A DNA stretch of 64,000 nucleotides from Rhodospirillaceae bacterium (GCA_019752235.1 JAIEMI010000056.1:12865-76864); one strand, 5' to 3'. Counted from the first letter of the stretch, positions 51,001 to 59,957 are shown. Made by a program: numbers and translations. The notes: generated by a model from the letters alone, not told the origin.

Positions 51001-51449
51001 TGGCATATAAAGACGAGTATGAAGTGGCGCGGCTTTATGCCGATGGTCGTTTCTGGACCGCGTTGGCGAATGAATTCGAGAATATTCGCACCATCAAGAT
51101 CCACCTGGCTCCCCCGCTGATTTCCCCGCAGGATAAGCTCACCTCGCGCCCGCGGAAATTTGCTTTTGGAGCATGGATACTGCCGGTGTTCCGCGTGCTA
51201 GCTGCTCTGAGGAGATTGCGGGAAAGTCCATTCGATACATTCGGCTATACGCACGAGCGTAGGCTTGAGCGGTCCCTGCGAGATGCTTACTTGGCGGCCA
51301 TAAGTAAACTGGCTGGAAAATTATCCACCGAAACGTTAAACGTCGCGATTAATCTCGCCAAGGCGCCTTTAGATGTGCGCGGGTTCGGCCAGGTTAAGAC
51401 CGCAGCAGCCGAAGCCCTGCTGGCGCGTTTGAACCGTTATAACGAGTAG
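48057..51449 (+). CDS. indolepyruvate:ferredoxin oxidoreductase family protein (fused IorA/IorB type)
   Basis: LSDKYLLAEGRALVSGRQALVRLPILQ...GYISGYRGSPLGGYD at the N-terminus, the TPP region GDGTYNHSGSLAI, a ferredoxin-like Cys cluster CEGCGDCSVQSNC, and about 1130 aa overall. Confidence 0.85.
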   Translation: MTGPRPIKLSDKYLLAEGRALVSGRQALVRLPILQRALDRRRGWNTAGYISGYRGSPLGGYDAELQKASQELRDNNITFEPGVNEDLALTAVAGTQQLGFVPGAQVEGVFGFWYGKGPGVDRSGDAIKHANLQGVAPLGGVVLLFGDDHAGKSSTTSHQSDLTLASWGVPVLYPSSVAEILEFGLAAVAMSRYSGLLVGLKLVNETAESTEVLDLVAPRDFDTPDVPMPAGGVHIRPEILAMQQQEMRLVRYKLPRAEAFARANKLDRIAFGAETPKFLIATAGKAFADVLAALEMLGVDEATAKRMGLGVYKIALLFPLDSGRLTEVAQAATEIIFVEEKRPHAESQAKALLFNQNIRPRISGKVAPDGSPLLPSDLPLNGLMVAGAIADRLQACLQNIAEIAPHVLIAAEAVRARLMQAKPPSPPAARRPAFCSGCPHNTSTKVPVGAIGSTGIGCHGMAVFHPERNPIPMGHMGAEGANWIGLSKFTSTQHIFQNLGDGTYNHSGSLAIRAAVQAKTNITYKILFNDAVAMTGGQPVEGGLTVARIVEQVRAEGVHRIVVVSEDPERFSTDPLPPAAELLHRDELGVVQEELHKAAGVSVLIYDQVCAAEKRRRRKIGILPDPDHRIFINALVCEGCGDCSVQSNCLAIQPLETELGRKRKIDQSACNKDISCVKGFCPSFVTVEGGRPRKSAAPEPQSESVLPMPHLPAMTHKFDMVIAGIGGTGVVTVSAILGMAARIEGYGVNLFDMTGLSQKGGAVFSHVRFSRDPDTIVAAKVGPGQADLILGCDLIAANQPECLDAIAEGTLVVANTDIAATAAFQANRDLAIDRAALTSTIAKVSGKEPFLVPASSAAESLLGDGIYANLFMLGYAWQLGGIPLELRSIEQAIELNGKAAAVNLRAFAMGRRAAFAPPPQVAVSQTLEQFIEQRTEDLVRYWNKAYGRRYSELMHTVYEAAAPYGEGKSFAWAVARSAYKVMAYKDEYEVARLYADGRFWTALANEFENIRTIKIHLAPPLISPQDKLTSRPRKFAFGAWILPVFRVLAALRRLRESPFDTFGYTHERRLERSLRDAYLAAISKLAGKLSTETLNVAINLAKAPLDVRGFGQVKTAAAEALLARLNRYNE

Positions 51450-51464
51450 GAGCCAGTATAATCG

Positions 51465-52160
51465 TCAGTTCCTGGCCGCTCGACGTCCGCGTGTCTGCTT
51501 AACAGGTGCCTTCGCGGAAACTTTATGATCTACGGGGGCAGGTGACGGCGAGGGGCTTTTCTCATGCGCCGTCATAACTTGTGATTCGTCTCCCGAGCAA
51601 ATTGTCAAAACCCGGCATGGCGTATTTCCGACGTCGATATATGCGTGGGCCATTCCGCTGTCGAAGTAAATGGAATCGCCCGCTTCCAGTCTCACCGGTG
51701 CGTAAAGTTCTGTATGAAGTTCCAACGAGCCTTCAATGACATACGTAAACTCTTCGCCGCTATGACGAATCATTTCACCAAACTTGTCTATAGACCTGAC
51801 GTAGCTTTCGCCGAACATCGGCACGAATCTCTTATTGAGTAATTCGGTAGCTACAAACCGGTGATGGTATGTGTCGGTCTCAATAACGCGGCCTTCGCCT
51901 TTGCGGATAATGCTGCGCCGGCCCGTGGCCAAGGCGAGGGTTTGCGCTGGCCCGTCCTCGGCAAAGAAGACGCCGATATCGACATCCATTCCTTTACTAA
52001 TGCGGGCGATCTTGTCGTAGGTCAGCGCGACCTTGTCATTTTCGATCTTTGATAAGGTCGATACGGGAAAGCCGGTTTTGGTCGCCACATCGGCTAGCTT
52101 CCAGCCTTTTTGAAGTCGTAGTGCCTTAAGAATTGCGCCAGGTTTGGCCGTCGTGGTCAT
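51465..52160 (-). CDS. XRE-family HTH regulator with a C-terminal cupin domain
   Basis: LKALRLQKGWKLADVATKTGFPVSTLSKIEND (HTH_3), then EFTYVIEGSLELH...GDSIYFDSGMAHAY (cupin). The start is taken at MTTTAK. Confidence 0.8.
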   Translation of the reverse strand: MTTTAKPGAILKALRLQKGWKLADVATKTGFPVSTLSKIENDKVALTYDKIARISKGMDVDIGVFFAEDGPAQTLALATGRRSIIRKGEGRVIETDTYHHRFVATELLNKRFVPMFGESYVRSIDKFGEMIRHSGEEFTYVIEGSLELHTELYAPVRLEAGDSIYFDSGMAHAYIDVGNTPCRVLTICSGDESQVMTAHEKSPSPSPAPVDHKVSAKAPVKQTRGRRAARN

Positions 52161-52439
52161 ATTTTCTCGCTTGTCTCGAATTGACTGCGACTTGCGTACC
52201 ATTTTTCAGATCAATTGGCGATCAAGACGACAGCAGGTCAGTAAGGCTTTGCTCATGTGAAAAGGCGCGGCTTTGCCGCCGCGATCCCATTCGGCTGGTA
52301 TTGCACATGCAAGCTACCGGGCGTGTTAGTAAAAACAAGAAAAAAATTTACAAAATAGAAAAATATATTCAAAACAGACAATCTCACGCTGCAGAGCCTT
52401 ACCTGGCATCTTTGGCATTTCAACGAGGAACGCGAGGAC

Positions 52440-54371
52440 ATGCATATGAGAGCATCGATGTGGCTCGGATTGATGTTGTTAGTCTCGCCGCCGGTCGCGG
52501 CTCTGGCGCAGCCCGCCGCCGCTCAGCCTTCCATCACTATGGGAGGCGGCACACCTGAACTCTCTAAAAGTGATGTGGACGTCTGGCTTGATGGTTTCAT
52601 GCCCTATGCACTGCGTCAAAACGATATCGCGGGCGCGGCGGTGGTGATTGTAAAGGACGGGCAGGTCCTGACTGAGCGCGGTTTCGGCTACGCTGACGTG
52701 GCAACGCGTGAGGCCGTTGATCCGGCCCTTACCATTTTTCGTCCCGGATCCATTTCAAAGTTGTTCACCTGGACCGCCGTGATGCAATTGGTCGAACAGG
52801 GCAAAATCGACCTCGACGCCGACGTGAACGGTTATATCGATTTCGAGATCCCGCCTTTTCAGGGCCATCCGATCACGATGCGGAATCTCATGACCCACAC
52901 GCCCGGCTTCGGTGACGTCTTCAAGGGTGGGATCAGATCGACCGGCGATATCCCGCCCTTGGGTGTGGTGGTGAAAAGGATGCTGCCAGATCGGATATAT
53001 GCCCCGGGAAGCACGCCGGCCTACTCAAACTACGGCACAGCATTGGCCGGGTATGTGGTGGAACGGATCTCTGGCGTGTCGTTTGACTCTTATGTTGAGC
53101 GCAACATCTTTCAGCCGCTTGGCATGGCGCACGCCACCTTTACCCAGCCGCTGCCGCCGAATCTCGCGCCCCACATGTCCAAGGGCTATTCGACGGCGTC
53201 AAAGGACGCCAAGCCGTTTGAACTCGTCTCGGTGCCGCCTGCGGGCGGAGCATCCATCTCAGGCGGCGACATGGCGAAGTTCATGATAGCGCTGCTCAAC
53301 GATGGCACGGGCCTGATGCAGCCGCAGACCGCGCGGCAGATGCTGGAGCCGGCCAACGTCGTGTTACCTGAACTGAACCGCATGGCCCTCGGCTTCTACG
53401 AACAGCGGGTCAATGGACTCAGCGCCATTGGTCACGGGGGGGATTTGAACAACGCCCACGCTTATCTGTGGTTGCTCCCGGCTCAGAATGTCGGGGTATA
53501 TGTGGTTATGAATAGTGCCGGCGCGTCGGACGCGGAGAGCTTTGATATTCGGCTCGGCTTGTTCCAGGCTTTCGGGGATCGCTACTTTCCTGCTCCCGCA
53601 CCGGCCCTGGTGGAACTGTCGACCGCCAAAGCCCATGCCAAGATGTTGGTTGGCAACTACTCAGTGAGTCGCGGCTCCTTCACGAACTTTATTGATGCCG
53701 CGAACTTCCTCCAACAGACCCGTATAGATCTAGATGAGGACGGGCGCCCGCTGGTGCCCTACGCGTTTAGCAGGCGCCCGCACAAGTGGATCGAGGTTGC
53801 GCCCTTCCTGTGGCAAGACGCGCACGGACCTCAACGCCTCAGCGCCAAGGTCGAGAACGATAAGGTGGTGCGATGGAGCCTCGATGCGGTGGCGCCCTTT
53901 ATGGTCTGGGAACCCACGCCATGGCCCCGTAATGCGATCTGGCTGATGCCGGCCTTTGTCGCGGGCCTTGGAATTATCGCGATAACGGCGCTGGGTTGGC
54001 CCATGGGCGTCATCGCGCGTCGACGGTACCGCGCGACTCTCAGTCTGACGGGCATCGACCTTACTCTCTCCCGCCTGACCTGCGGCCTCTCCTGGTTGGC
54101 GCTGGCTATCCTTGGTGGGTGGATGCTGCTCTTTCAGTCCCTCGGGAGCACTGACGCCAGTTTGGATGGATGGATTTGGCGTCTGGAAATCGGTAGCGCT
54201 GTTGGATTCGTTGGATTAGCTGCCTGCGCTGTTTGGGCGGCGTATCGCGCGTTGACGCGGCCAAGGGCTTGGTCCGTCCGCATATGGTCGGCTCTGTGCG
54301 CCGTTGGAGCGATATCCATCCTTTGGGTAGCTGTAGCGTTCCATCTCGTGAGTTTTGGCGCAAACTATTGA
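52440..54371 (+). CDS. beta-lactamase-family serine hydrolase with a C-terminal multi-TM region
   Basis: Signal peptide, SxxK motif FRPGSISKLFTW, YSNYG, and four or so TM helices in the last 150 aa. Confidence 0.8.
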   Translation: MHMRASMWLGLMLLVSPPVAALAQPAAAQPSITMGGGTPELSKSDVDVWLDGFMPYALRQNDIAGAAVVIVKDGQVLTERGFGYADVATREAVDPALTIFRPGSISKLFTWTAVMQLVEQGKIDLDADVNGYIDFEIPPFQGHPITMRNLMTHTPGFGDVFKGGIRSTGDIPPLGVVVKRMLPDRIYAPGSTPAYSNYGTALAGYVVERISGVSFDSYVERNIFQPLGMAHATFTQPLPPNLAPHMSKGYSTASKDAKPFELVSVPPAGGASISGGDMAKFMIALLNDGTGLMQPQTARQMLEPANVVLPELNRMALGFYEQRVNGLSAIGHGGDLNNAHAYLWLLPAQNVGVYVVMNSAGASDAESFDIRLGLFQAFGDRYFPAPAPALVELSTAKAHAKMLVGNYSVSRGSFTNFIDAANFLQQTRIDLDEDGRPLVPYAFSRRPHKWIEVAPFLWQDAHGPQRLSAKVENDKVVRWSLDAVAPFMVWEPTPWPRNAIWLMPAFVAGLGIIAITALGWPMGVIARRRYRATLSLTGIDLTLSRLTCGLSWLALAILGGWMLLFQSLGSTDASLDGWIWRLEIGSAVGFVGLAACAVWAAYRALTRPRAWSVRIWSALCAVGAISILWVAVAFHLVSFGANY

Positions 54372-54443
54372 CGCTGGAAATTGCCGGTAAGTCTGAATGG
54401 TTCTTAATTTAATCCGCGACCCTCTCGTTGATCAGCCGTTCGA

Positions 54444-54545
54444 TTAGACATTCAAGGGCCTCGCACCGCGCTGGGACGGCAAATCGGCGGTGACCACGAC
54501 CAGAAAATAGTCACGCGACCCGTCGTGAACCTCAAGCCCGAAGAT
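54444..54545 (-). pseudogene. remnant of an Lrp/AsnC-family gene (C-terminal fragment)
   Basis: It translates to EVHDGSRDYFLVVVTADLPSQ, against ECYLMTGSRDYLLRVVAADLSAY in the intact neighbour at 54683..55147. Nucleotide similarity is also visible (caaatcggcggtgaccacg vs caaatcggcggcaaccacg). No N-terminal HTH part is present. Confidence 0.45.
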
Positions 54546-54680
54546 CGCGGCGTCATCGTCAAAGGTTTGGACGTCTTCTATGGGGCCGCACCGCGCGGGG
54601 CCAGCACCGTCATCGGCATTCAAGACTTGATGCGGCCCGAACTGCTGGTGGAAGTGGAAGTCGTGGGCCTCGTCCGGTAA
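54522..54680 (+). pseudogene. remnant of a RidA-family gene (C-terminal ~50 codons only)
   Basis: VVNLKPEDRGVIVKGLDVFYGAAPRGASTVIGIQDLMRPELLVEVEVVGLVR* aligns with the RidA C-terminus (compare FFGEHRPARSTVYSELALSAAVVEIEAIAYRA* at 34410..34787). There is no start codon and no N-terminal part. Confidence 0.5.
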
Positions 54681-54682
54681 GC

Positions 54683-55147
54683 CTAGGCGACCGGCAGGAC
54701 GTTGGTATATTTCACCTGTTTCAAGGCGAAGCTCGATTCAATCGAGGATATGCAATCCAGCCGCGTGAGCTTTTCTTTCAAGAAACGTTCATAGGCCGAC
54801 AAATCGGCGGCAACCACGCGCAACAAATAGTCGCGCGAACCGGTCATGAGGTAACACTCCAGCACCTCGGGCCAGCGCGCGATGGCCTTGGAGAATTTGT
54901 CCAACGCTTCCTCACGCTGGCGTTCCAGCTTTACCGACACAAACACACTGACGGGCAGCCCGATCTCGGCTTGATCCAGCACGGCCACGTAGCGCGCAAT
55001 GATCCCGGCCTTCTCCATGATTTTAATGCGCCGCAAGCAGGGCGAGGGCGATAGTCCCGCCAGCGCCGAAATGTCCGCCAGGCTCATGCGGCCGTCTTTC
55101 TGCAGCGCGCCCAAGATCTTTTTGTCGATGGGGTCGAGTTCTTGCAT
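54683..55147 (-). CDS. Lrp/AsnC-family transcriptional regulator
   Basis: [50 protein letters not shown] plus a RAM domain. It is divergent from the E1-like gene. Confidence 0.85.
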   Translation of the reverse strand: MQELDPIDKKILGALQKDGRMSLADISALAGLSPSPCLRRIKIMEKAGIIARYVAVLDQAEIGLPVSVFVSVKLERQREEALDKFSKAIARWPEVLECYLMTGSRDYLLRVVAADLSAYERFLKEKLTRLDCISSIESSFALKQVKYTNVLPVA

Positions 55148-55282
55148 ATCTCTGCTCCTGCATCGCCTCTTATTGGCAATAACTGCCAATATGGAGATAA
55201 ATATTCGCACAAATAGACGGCCTTTGCCACGGCAAGCCGCACATACTGCCGAAATTCAAGAACTTTTCGAACGGGCAGGGCG

Positions 55283-57655
55283 GTGATGGGCGCGACGATT
55301 CCGGACAATGACATGGTGTGTTTGCGCGCCTTGGAGAAGAAGGTGCTCTGGCTCGCCAGCTGGATGATCCACAATGCCAACCATCTGCGCGACACCGGCG
55401 ACGGCGTCAAAGTCGGCGGGCACCAGGCGTCCTCGGCGTCCCTGGCGGCGATCATGACGGCGCTTTATTTTCATGTGCTGCGGCCGCAAGACCGCGTGGC
55501 CGTCAAACCCCACGCCAGTCCTAACTATCATGCCATTCAATATCTGCTGGGCCGCCAAACCCGCGAAAAGCTCGAAAACTTTCGCGGCTATGGCGGCGCG
55601 CAGAGCTACCCCTCGCGCACCAAGGATACCGATGACGTCGACTTTTCCACCGGGTCCGTGGGGCTCGGCGTCTCGCAGACACTGTTCTCATCGCTGGTGC
55701 AGGATTACGTCCGCGCGCACGGATGGAATGACAGCGCGCCAAAGGGCCGCATGATCGCCCTCATCGGCGACGCGGAATTGGACGAAGGCAATATCTTCGA
55801 ATCCATTCTCGAAGGTTGGAAGCAGGGACTGAAGAACTGCTGGTGGGTTATCGACTACAACCGCCAAAGTCTTGATGCCGTGGTGCGCGAAGGCTTGTGG
55901 GCGCGCTACGAAGCGCTGTTCCGCGATTTTGGCTGGGACGTCATCGTCCTAAAATACGGCAAGCTGCTGCAGGCGGCTTTCCAAAAGCCCGGCGGTGCGG
56001 AATTGCAGGCCTGGATCGACAACTGCCCCAACCCGCTCTACTCGGCTTTGGTCTTTCAGGGCGGCGCGGCCTGGCGTAAACGCCTCAAAGCCGACTTCGC
56101 CCCGGACTCAACAGCCGCGCGCCTCATCGATACTTATCCCGACGAAGATCTCGCGCAACTTATGACCAATCTCGCCGGCAACGATCTCGCGACGATGCTG
56201 GAGACGTTCAACAGCATCGACCACGACCGTCCGGTTTGCTTTATTTGTTACACCATCAAGGGCTACGGCCTGCCGTTGGCCGGGCATAAAGACAATCACG
56301 CCGGTTTGTTGACGCCGGCGCAAATGGATAGGTTGCGCACCGACATGGCCGTGCGTCCCGGTCACGAATGGAACGCGCTGGAAGGCCTCGATCTCCCCGC
56401 GCAAACTCTCAACGCCTTTCTGGACCGCACGCCCTTTGTCTCCGCCGGCCCGCGCCAGTACCAAGCGCCCGCCTTCGCCATTCCCGATGAGATTCCGCTG
56501 ACCATTGCGCCGGTCGCGTCAACCCAGCAGGGCTTCGGCACGATCATGAACGAGATCGGCCGCCTCGAAAGTCCCTTCGCGGCGCGCATCGTCACGACCT
56601 CGCCGGACGTCACGGTCTCCACCAATCTGGGGGCCTGGGTCAACCGGCGCGGTCTATTCGGGCGCGAAGCCAAGGGCGACGTGTTCAAGGATGAGCGTGT
56701 GCCGTCGACGTTCACGTGGTCTTTTTCGCCGCAAGGCCAGCACATTGAACTGGGTATCGCGGAATCCAACCTTTTCCTTCTGTTGTCGGCGCTTGGGCTG
56801 TCGCACAGCATCAACGGCGAACGCCTTCTGCCCATCGGCACGCTCTACGATCCGTTCATCGCCCGTGGCCTCGATGCCATGAACTACGCCTGCTATCAGG
56901 ACGCCCGGTTTATCCTGGCGGCGACGCCCTCGGGAATCAGCCTCGCGCCCGAAGGCGGCGCACACCAGTCCATCGGCACCCCGTTGATCGGCCTCGCGCA
57001 GCCCGGCCTGACATCTTTTGAGCCCGCCTATATCGATGAATTGAAAGTCATGATGCTGTGGGCGCTTTCTCATATTCAGAAGAGCGGTGACGAGGGCGGC
57101 GGGTCCGTCTACCTGCGCCTTTCGACCCGTCCACTCGAGCAGCCCAAGCGTGAGATGTCTGATGACTTGAAGCGCGGCATTCTCGATGGCGCCTATTGGG
57201 TGCGCCGTCCCGGGCCCAATTGCGAAACCGTGGTCGCGTACGCCGGCGTCATGGCGGTGGAAGCCATCACTGCCGTGGGCATGATGGCCGAGGACCGCCG
57301 CGACGTGGGTCTCCTGGCCATTACATCGGCAGATCGGCTCTACGCCGGCTGGACGGCTGCCCAGCGTGCGCGTGAAAAGGGACTGGTGCACGCCCGTGGG
57401 CATGTCGAACGACTCCTGGACGGCGTCTCCAGCCACTGCGGACTCGTGACGGTGTTGGATGGGCATCCCACAACGCTCGGATGGCTCGGCGCGGTGCGCG
57501 GCCACCGCGTGCGTTCGCTGGGTGTTGAGCAGTTCGGTCAAACCGGTTCACTGGCCGAGGTCTATCGCCACTACGGAATCGACGCCGCCGCAATCGTGAC
57601 GGCCGCTGAGCACCTCACCGCGGGGCGGCCAATCCGGCATTTGGCAGCGCTCTAA
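55283..57655 (+). CDS. AceE-like (homodimeric E1-type) thiamine-diphosphate-dependent 2-oxoacid dehydrogenase/decarboxylase component
   Basis: VGGHQASSASLAAIMTALYFHVL, GDAELDEGNIFE and VIDYNRQSLDA parallel E. coli AceE GGHMASFQSSA, GDGEMDEPES and VINCNLQRLDG. It is 790 aa. No E2 or E3 gene is adjacent. Confidence 0.7.
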   Translation: MMGATIPDNDMVCLRALEKKVLWLASWMIHNANHLRDTGDGVKVGGHQASSASLAAIMTALYFHVLRPQDRVAVKPHASPNYHAIQYLLGRQTREKLENFRGYGGAQSYPSRTKDTDDVDFSTGSVGLGVSQTLFSSLVQDYVRAHGWNDSAPKGRMIALIGDAELDEGNIFESILEGWKQGLKNCWWVIDYNRQSLDAVVREGLWARYEALFRDFGWDVIVLKYGKLLQAAFQKPGGAELQAWIDNCPNPLYSALVFQGGAAWRKRLKADFAPDSTAARLIDTYPDEDLAQLMTNLAGNDLATMLETFNSIDHDRPVCFICYTIKGYGLPLAGHKDNHAGLLTPAQMDRLRTDMAVRPGHEWNALEGLDLPAQTLNAFLDRTPFVSAGPRQYQAPAFAIPDEIPLTIAPVASTQQGFGTIMNEIGRLESPFAARIVTTSPDVTVSTNLGAWVNRRGLFGREAKGDVFKDERVPSTFTWSFSPQGQHIELGIAESNLFLLLSALGLSHSINGERLLPIGTLYDPFIARGLDAMNYACYQDARFILAATPSGISLAPEGGAHQSIGTPLIGLAQPGLTSFEPAYIDELKVMMLWALSHIQKSGDEGGGSVYLRLSTRPLEQPKREMSDDLKRGILDGAYWVRRPGPNCETVVAYAGVMAVEAITAVGMMAEDRRDVGLLAITSADRLYAGWTAAQRAREKGLVHARGHVERLLDGVSSHCGLVTVLDGHPTTLGWLGAVRGHRVRSLGVEQFGQTGSLAEVYRHYGIDAAAIVTAAEHLTAGRPIRHLAAL

Positions 57656-57703
57656 AGCTAGATGGACGGCTCTCGTTTGTGTTTGTTAGCCCTCGCAGGG
57701 TAA

Positions 57704-57870
57704 GGGAGAGGTATTCCGTGTTCGGCGCCTAATCTAGGCTGTTCGCGGTATGAAATTCCCTGTTACAAAAAATAGGGAATTTAGCCAAGAAAGCCCGTAA
57801 ACAAAGGGTTTGTGGCACGTTGCTGTGCAACAATCGGGCTGTTAGGCGAGGTATTCCCTGTATTTTCCCT
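57704..57870. repeat. cluster of short direct repeats (core ATTCC(C/G)TGT) and a 9-bp inverted repeat in non-coding DNA
   Basis: gaggtattccgtgtt (57708), aaattccctgttac (57753), gaggtattccctgtatt (57848) and ttttccctgttta (57863). The inverted repeat is AAATTCCCT-n12-AGGGAATTT at 57753-57782. Confidence 0.5.
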
Positions 57871-58171
57871 GTTTAACAAGGAATATGCAGAGCGCGGTTG
57901 CGGGCTGACTACCCCCACTACCACTCGTTTCGGCGCTGCAGAGAGTTCTCTGCGGAAGTATCGATTTAGCCCGCATTTGCGGGGCTTTTTGCGACTATGG
58001 ATTGGCGGTGAGAGCTGCCCTTGGCGGCGTGAAACTGCAATAAAGGGCGGGGTTCTCTGCTGGTGATTTTGACCTCCAAACCGTTGATAGTTTTGGAGTG
58101 GATCAGTGGCCCACACCGGTGAATGGTGGTGCTTGTTGCGGAGCAACGTCGGCTAACAAGCGAAAAAGGGG

Positions 58172-58444
58172 CTAGAACCCGAGAACGCGCCTTTGCTCAT
58201 CCCACGAATGGGGCAACTGCGCCATCCGGCGTAGACGCTCGGCTGTGAGATCGGCGGGCTGTTTGCCGTCTAAAATCGCCTCAATAATAGACGGGGCAAG
58301 AAAGGCGAGGGGAAGTGCGCGGCTTACGTCCCCGGCATCAAGCTTCTCTGCGGTTGCAATGTCTTCGACCGACTTGCGTTCAGCCGACTTTAATTGCTCA
58401 AACCAGATATGGGCACGTGCGACGAGGTGAATATGCGCCCGCAT
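58172..58444 (-). pseudogene. C-terminal remnant of a recombinase-family (serine recombinase-type) gene
   Basis: The 90-aa ORF ends ALPLAFLAPSIIEAILDGKQPADLTAERLRRMAQLPHSWDEQRRVLGF, the conserved tail I associate with alphaproteobacterial recombinase-family proteins. There is no catalytic N-terminal domain, and the ORF abuts the fecR-like stop. Confidence 0.5.
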
Positions 58445-58468
58445 GCGGAATGGACGGGCGATCCGACG

Positions 58469-59380
58469 CTATTCTGGTGGCTTTTCGAGCACAATCAGCT
58501 GTGGAGAAGGTTGCCGCGCTTTTAAGCCAAAAAACTGTTCCAACGCGGCCACGACCGTTACGGTGTCGCCCATGCGGAAACTGCCGCTGATCGGTTTGAT
58601 CGCCAGGCTTTTGTCCTGAATGACGATCTTCGTATCTGAATAACGATTCAGCTCCGCCAGGGCTTCATTCAGCGGCACGTCATCTAGGTCAATCATTCCG
58701 CGCCGCCACGCCGGCGCGGTGGCTACCCGGACTTCGCGTTTGTTGAGAACACGGCCGTCAGCAGCCACAATGATTTTTTGGCCTGGCACCAGCCGCTCCA
58801 CCGTCGGCGGCGTATCCACGCCCGGATATAGAATCCGCACGTCTACGCGGCCTTCGATCAACGTTATGTTTGTACGCCCATGGCGGGAATCGACGTCAAA
58901 CACTGTCCCGATGGCAACGACTTCCACGGCGCCGGCCTTCACGCGGAAAGGACGATTCGCGTCCTTCGCGACCTCGAAACGCGCTTCGCCATGTTGCAGA
59001 TCTATCAAGCGGTTTTCCTTCGTGAACGCCACTTCCGCCCGCGAGGCGGCATTCATCTGTACAACGGAGCCATCGTCCAGGCGGACGTCGCGTCCTTGCG
59101 TCGGGGGGCTGTCATAAGCAACACGCTGTTCGGATGAGAACATCGACGGCATCAACGTCGTGCCAGCTGCAATCAGCCCAATCGCGATTACCGCGCCCAC
59201 CGCGGCGCGTTGCAGGTTTGCGAACAAGAATCCCCAGCGCCCTTGCCGGCGCACTTCGGCATTCTCTTTGGCCCACGCGTCCGCATAGTCACGGGCATCC
59301 TGCACAACCGGCCGGTCGCGCAGGCGATCAAGTTGGCGCCAAATGTGATCGGTCTCAGGATCCGACATCAATACCTTCAC
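58469..59380 (-). CDS. FecR-family anti-sigma factor / transmembrane sensor
   Basis: Central TM (AAVGAVIAIGLIAAG) and a periplasmic FecR domain (VRLDDGSVVQMNAASRAEVAF...GEARFEVAKD..RPFRV). It lies downstream of an ECF sigma gene. Confidence 0.85.
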   Translation of the reverse strand: MKVLMSDPETDHIWRQLDRLRDRPVVQDARDYADAWAKENAEVRRQGRWGFLFANLQRAAVGAVIAIGLIAAGTTLMPSMFSSEQRVAYDSPPTQGRDVRLDDGSVVQMNAASRAEVAFTKENRLIDLQHGEARFEVAKDANRPFRVKAGAVEVVAIGTVFDVDSRHGRTNITLIEGRVDVRILYPGVDTPPTVERLVPGQKIIVAADGRVLNKREVRVATAPAWRRGMIDLDDVPLNEALAELNRYSDTKIVIQDKSLAIKPISGSFRMGDTVTVVAALEQFFGLKARQPSPQLIVLEKPPE

Positions 59381-59957
59381 CGCGGGCGTTGTTCGCGCCC
59401 GCTAGTCTTTCGCGGCAGTGCTGAAGCGCCTGACGTACATACTTCTCTACCATGGAGACGGATATCCCCAGCGAATCCGCAATCTGCTTGTGCGACTTTT
59501 CGTCGTAGCGGTACATCACGAAGACGGCGCGGCATTTTGGATTAAGTTCCGCCAGTGCTGTTTCCAGCAAGGCGAGTTGTTCCTTATCGGACAACACCGT
59601 ATGCGCGTCCGGTGCAGAGGAGGCGATCGACATATCGGAGACGGACAGCGTTTTATCGATAAGACGGTATTCCGCCGACCGCGCGCGATCGCGCACCAGA
59701 TTCCCCGCTATGGTGAACAACAGGGGGCCCGGCGCGCGGACTTCCGAAAGGTTGGCGGCTGACAGGCGCGCAAAAGCTTCCTGCGCAACATCCTGCGCAT
59801 CGTCAACGGAGAGCCTGCGGCGGCGCAAGAATTTTACGACGCGTGCATAGTACAGCGTGACAACCGCGTTCAGGAAATCTGATCGTGCATGCGAGTCACG
59901 GCTGCTATGCTGGTGTTCTCCCTCCACCAGCGGGCTCAGATGCTCGACGTTTGACAC
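59355..59957 (-). CDS. ECF (sigma-70 family, FecI-like) RNA polymerase sigma factor
   Basis: Region 2: DDAQDVAQEAFARL. Region 4 HTH: SHKQIADSLGISVSMVEKYVRQAL. Confidence 0.85.
   Translation of the reverse strand: MSNVEHLSPLVEGEHQHSSRDSHARSDFLNAVVTLYYARVVKFLRRRRLSVDDAQDVAQEAFARLSAANLSEVRAPGPLLFTIAGNLVRDRARSAEYRLIDKTLSVSDMSIASSAPDAHTVLSDKEQLALLETALAELNPKCRAVFVMYRYDEKSHKQIADSLGISVSMVEKYVRQALQHCRERLAGANNARGEGIDVGS

Noticed and set aside
56654-57541. 295-aa minus-strand ORF in the E1-like gene, and the 267-aa ORF 60945..61748 in the TonB transducer
   Set aside because: They are antisense to genes with clear family motifs and give Arg/Gly/Ala-rich translations.
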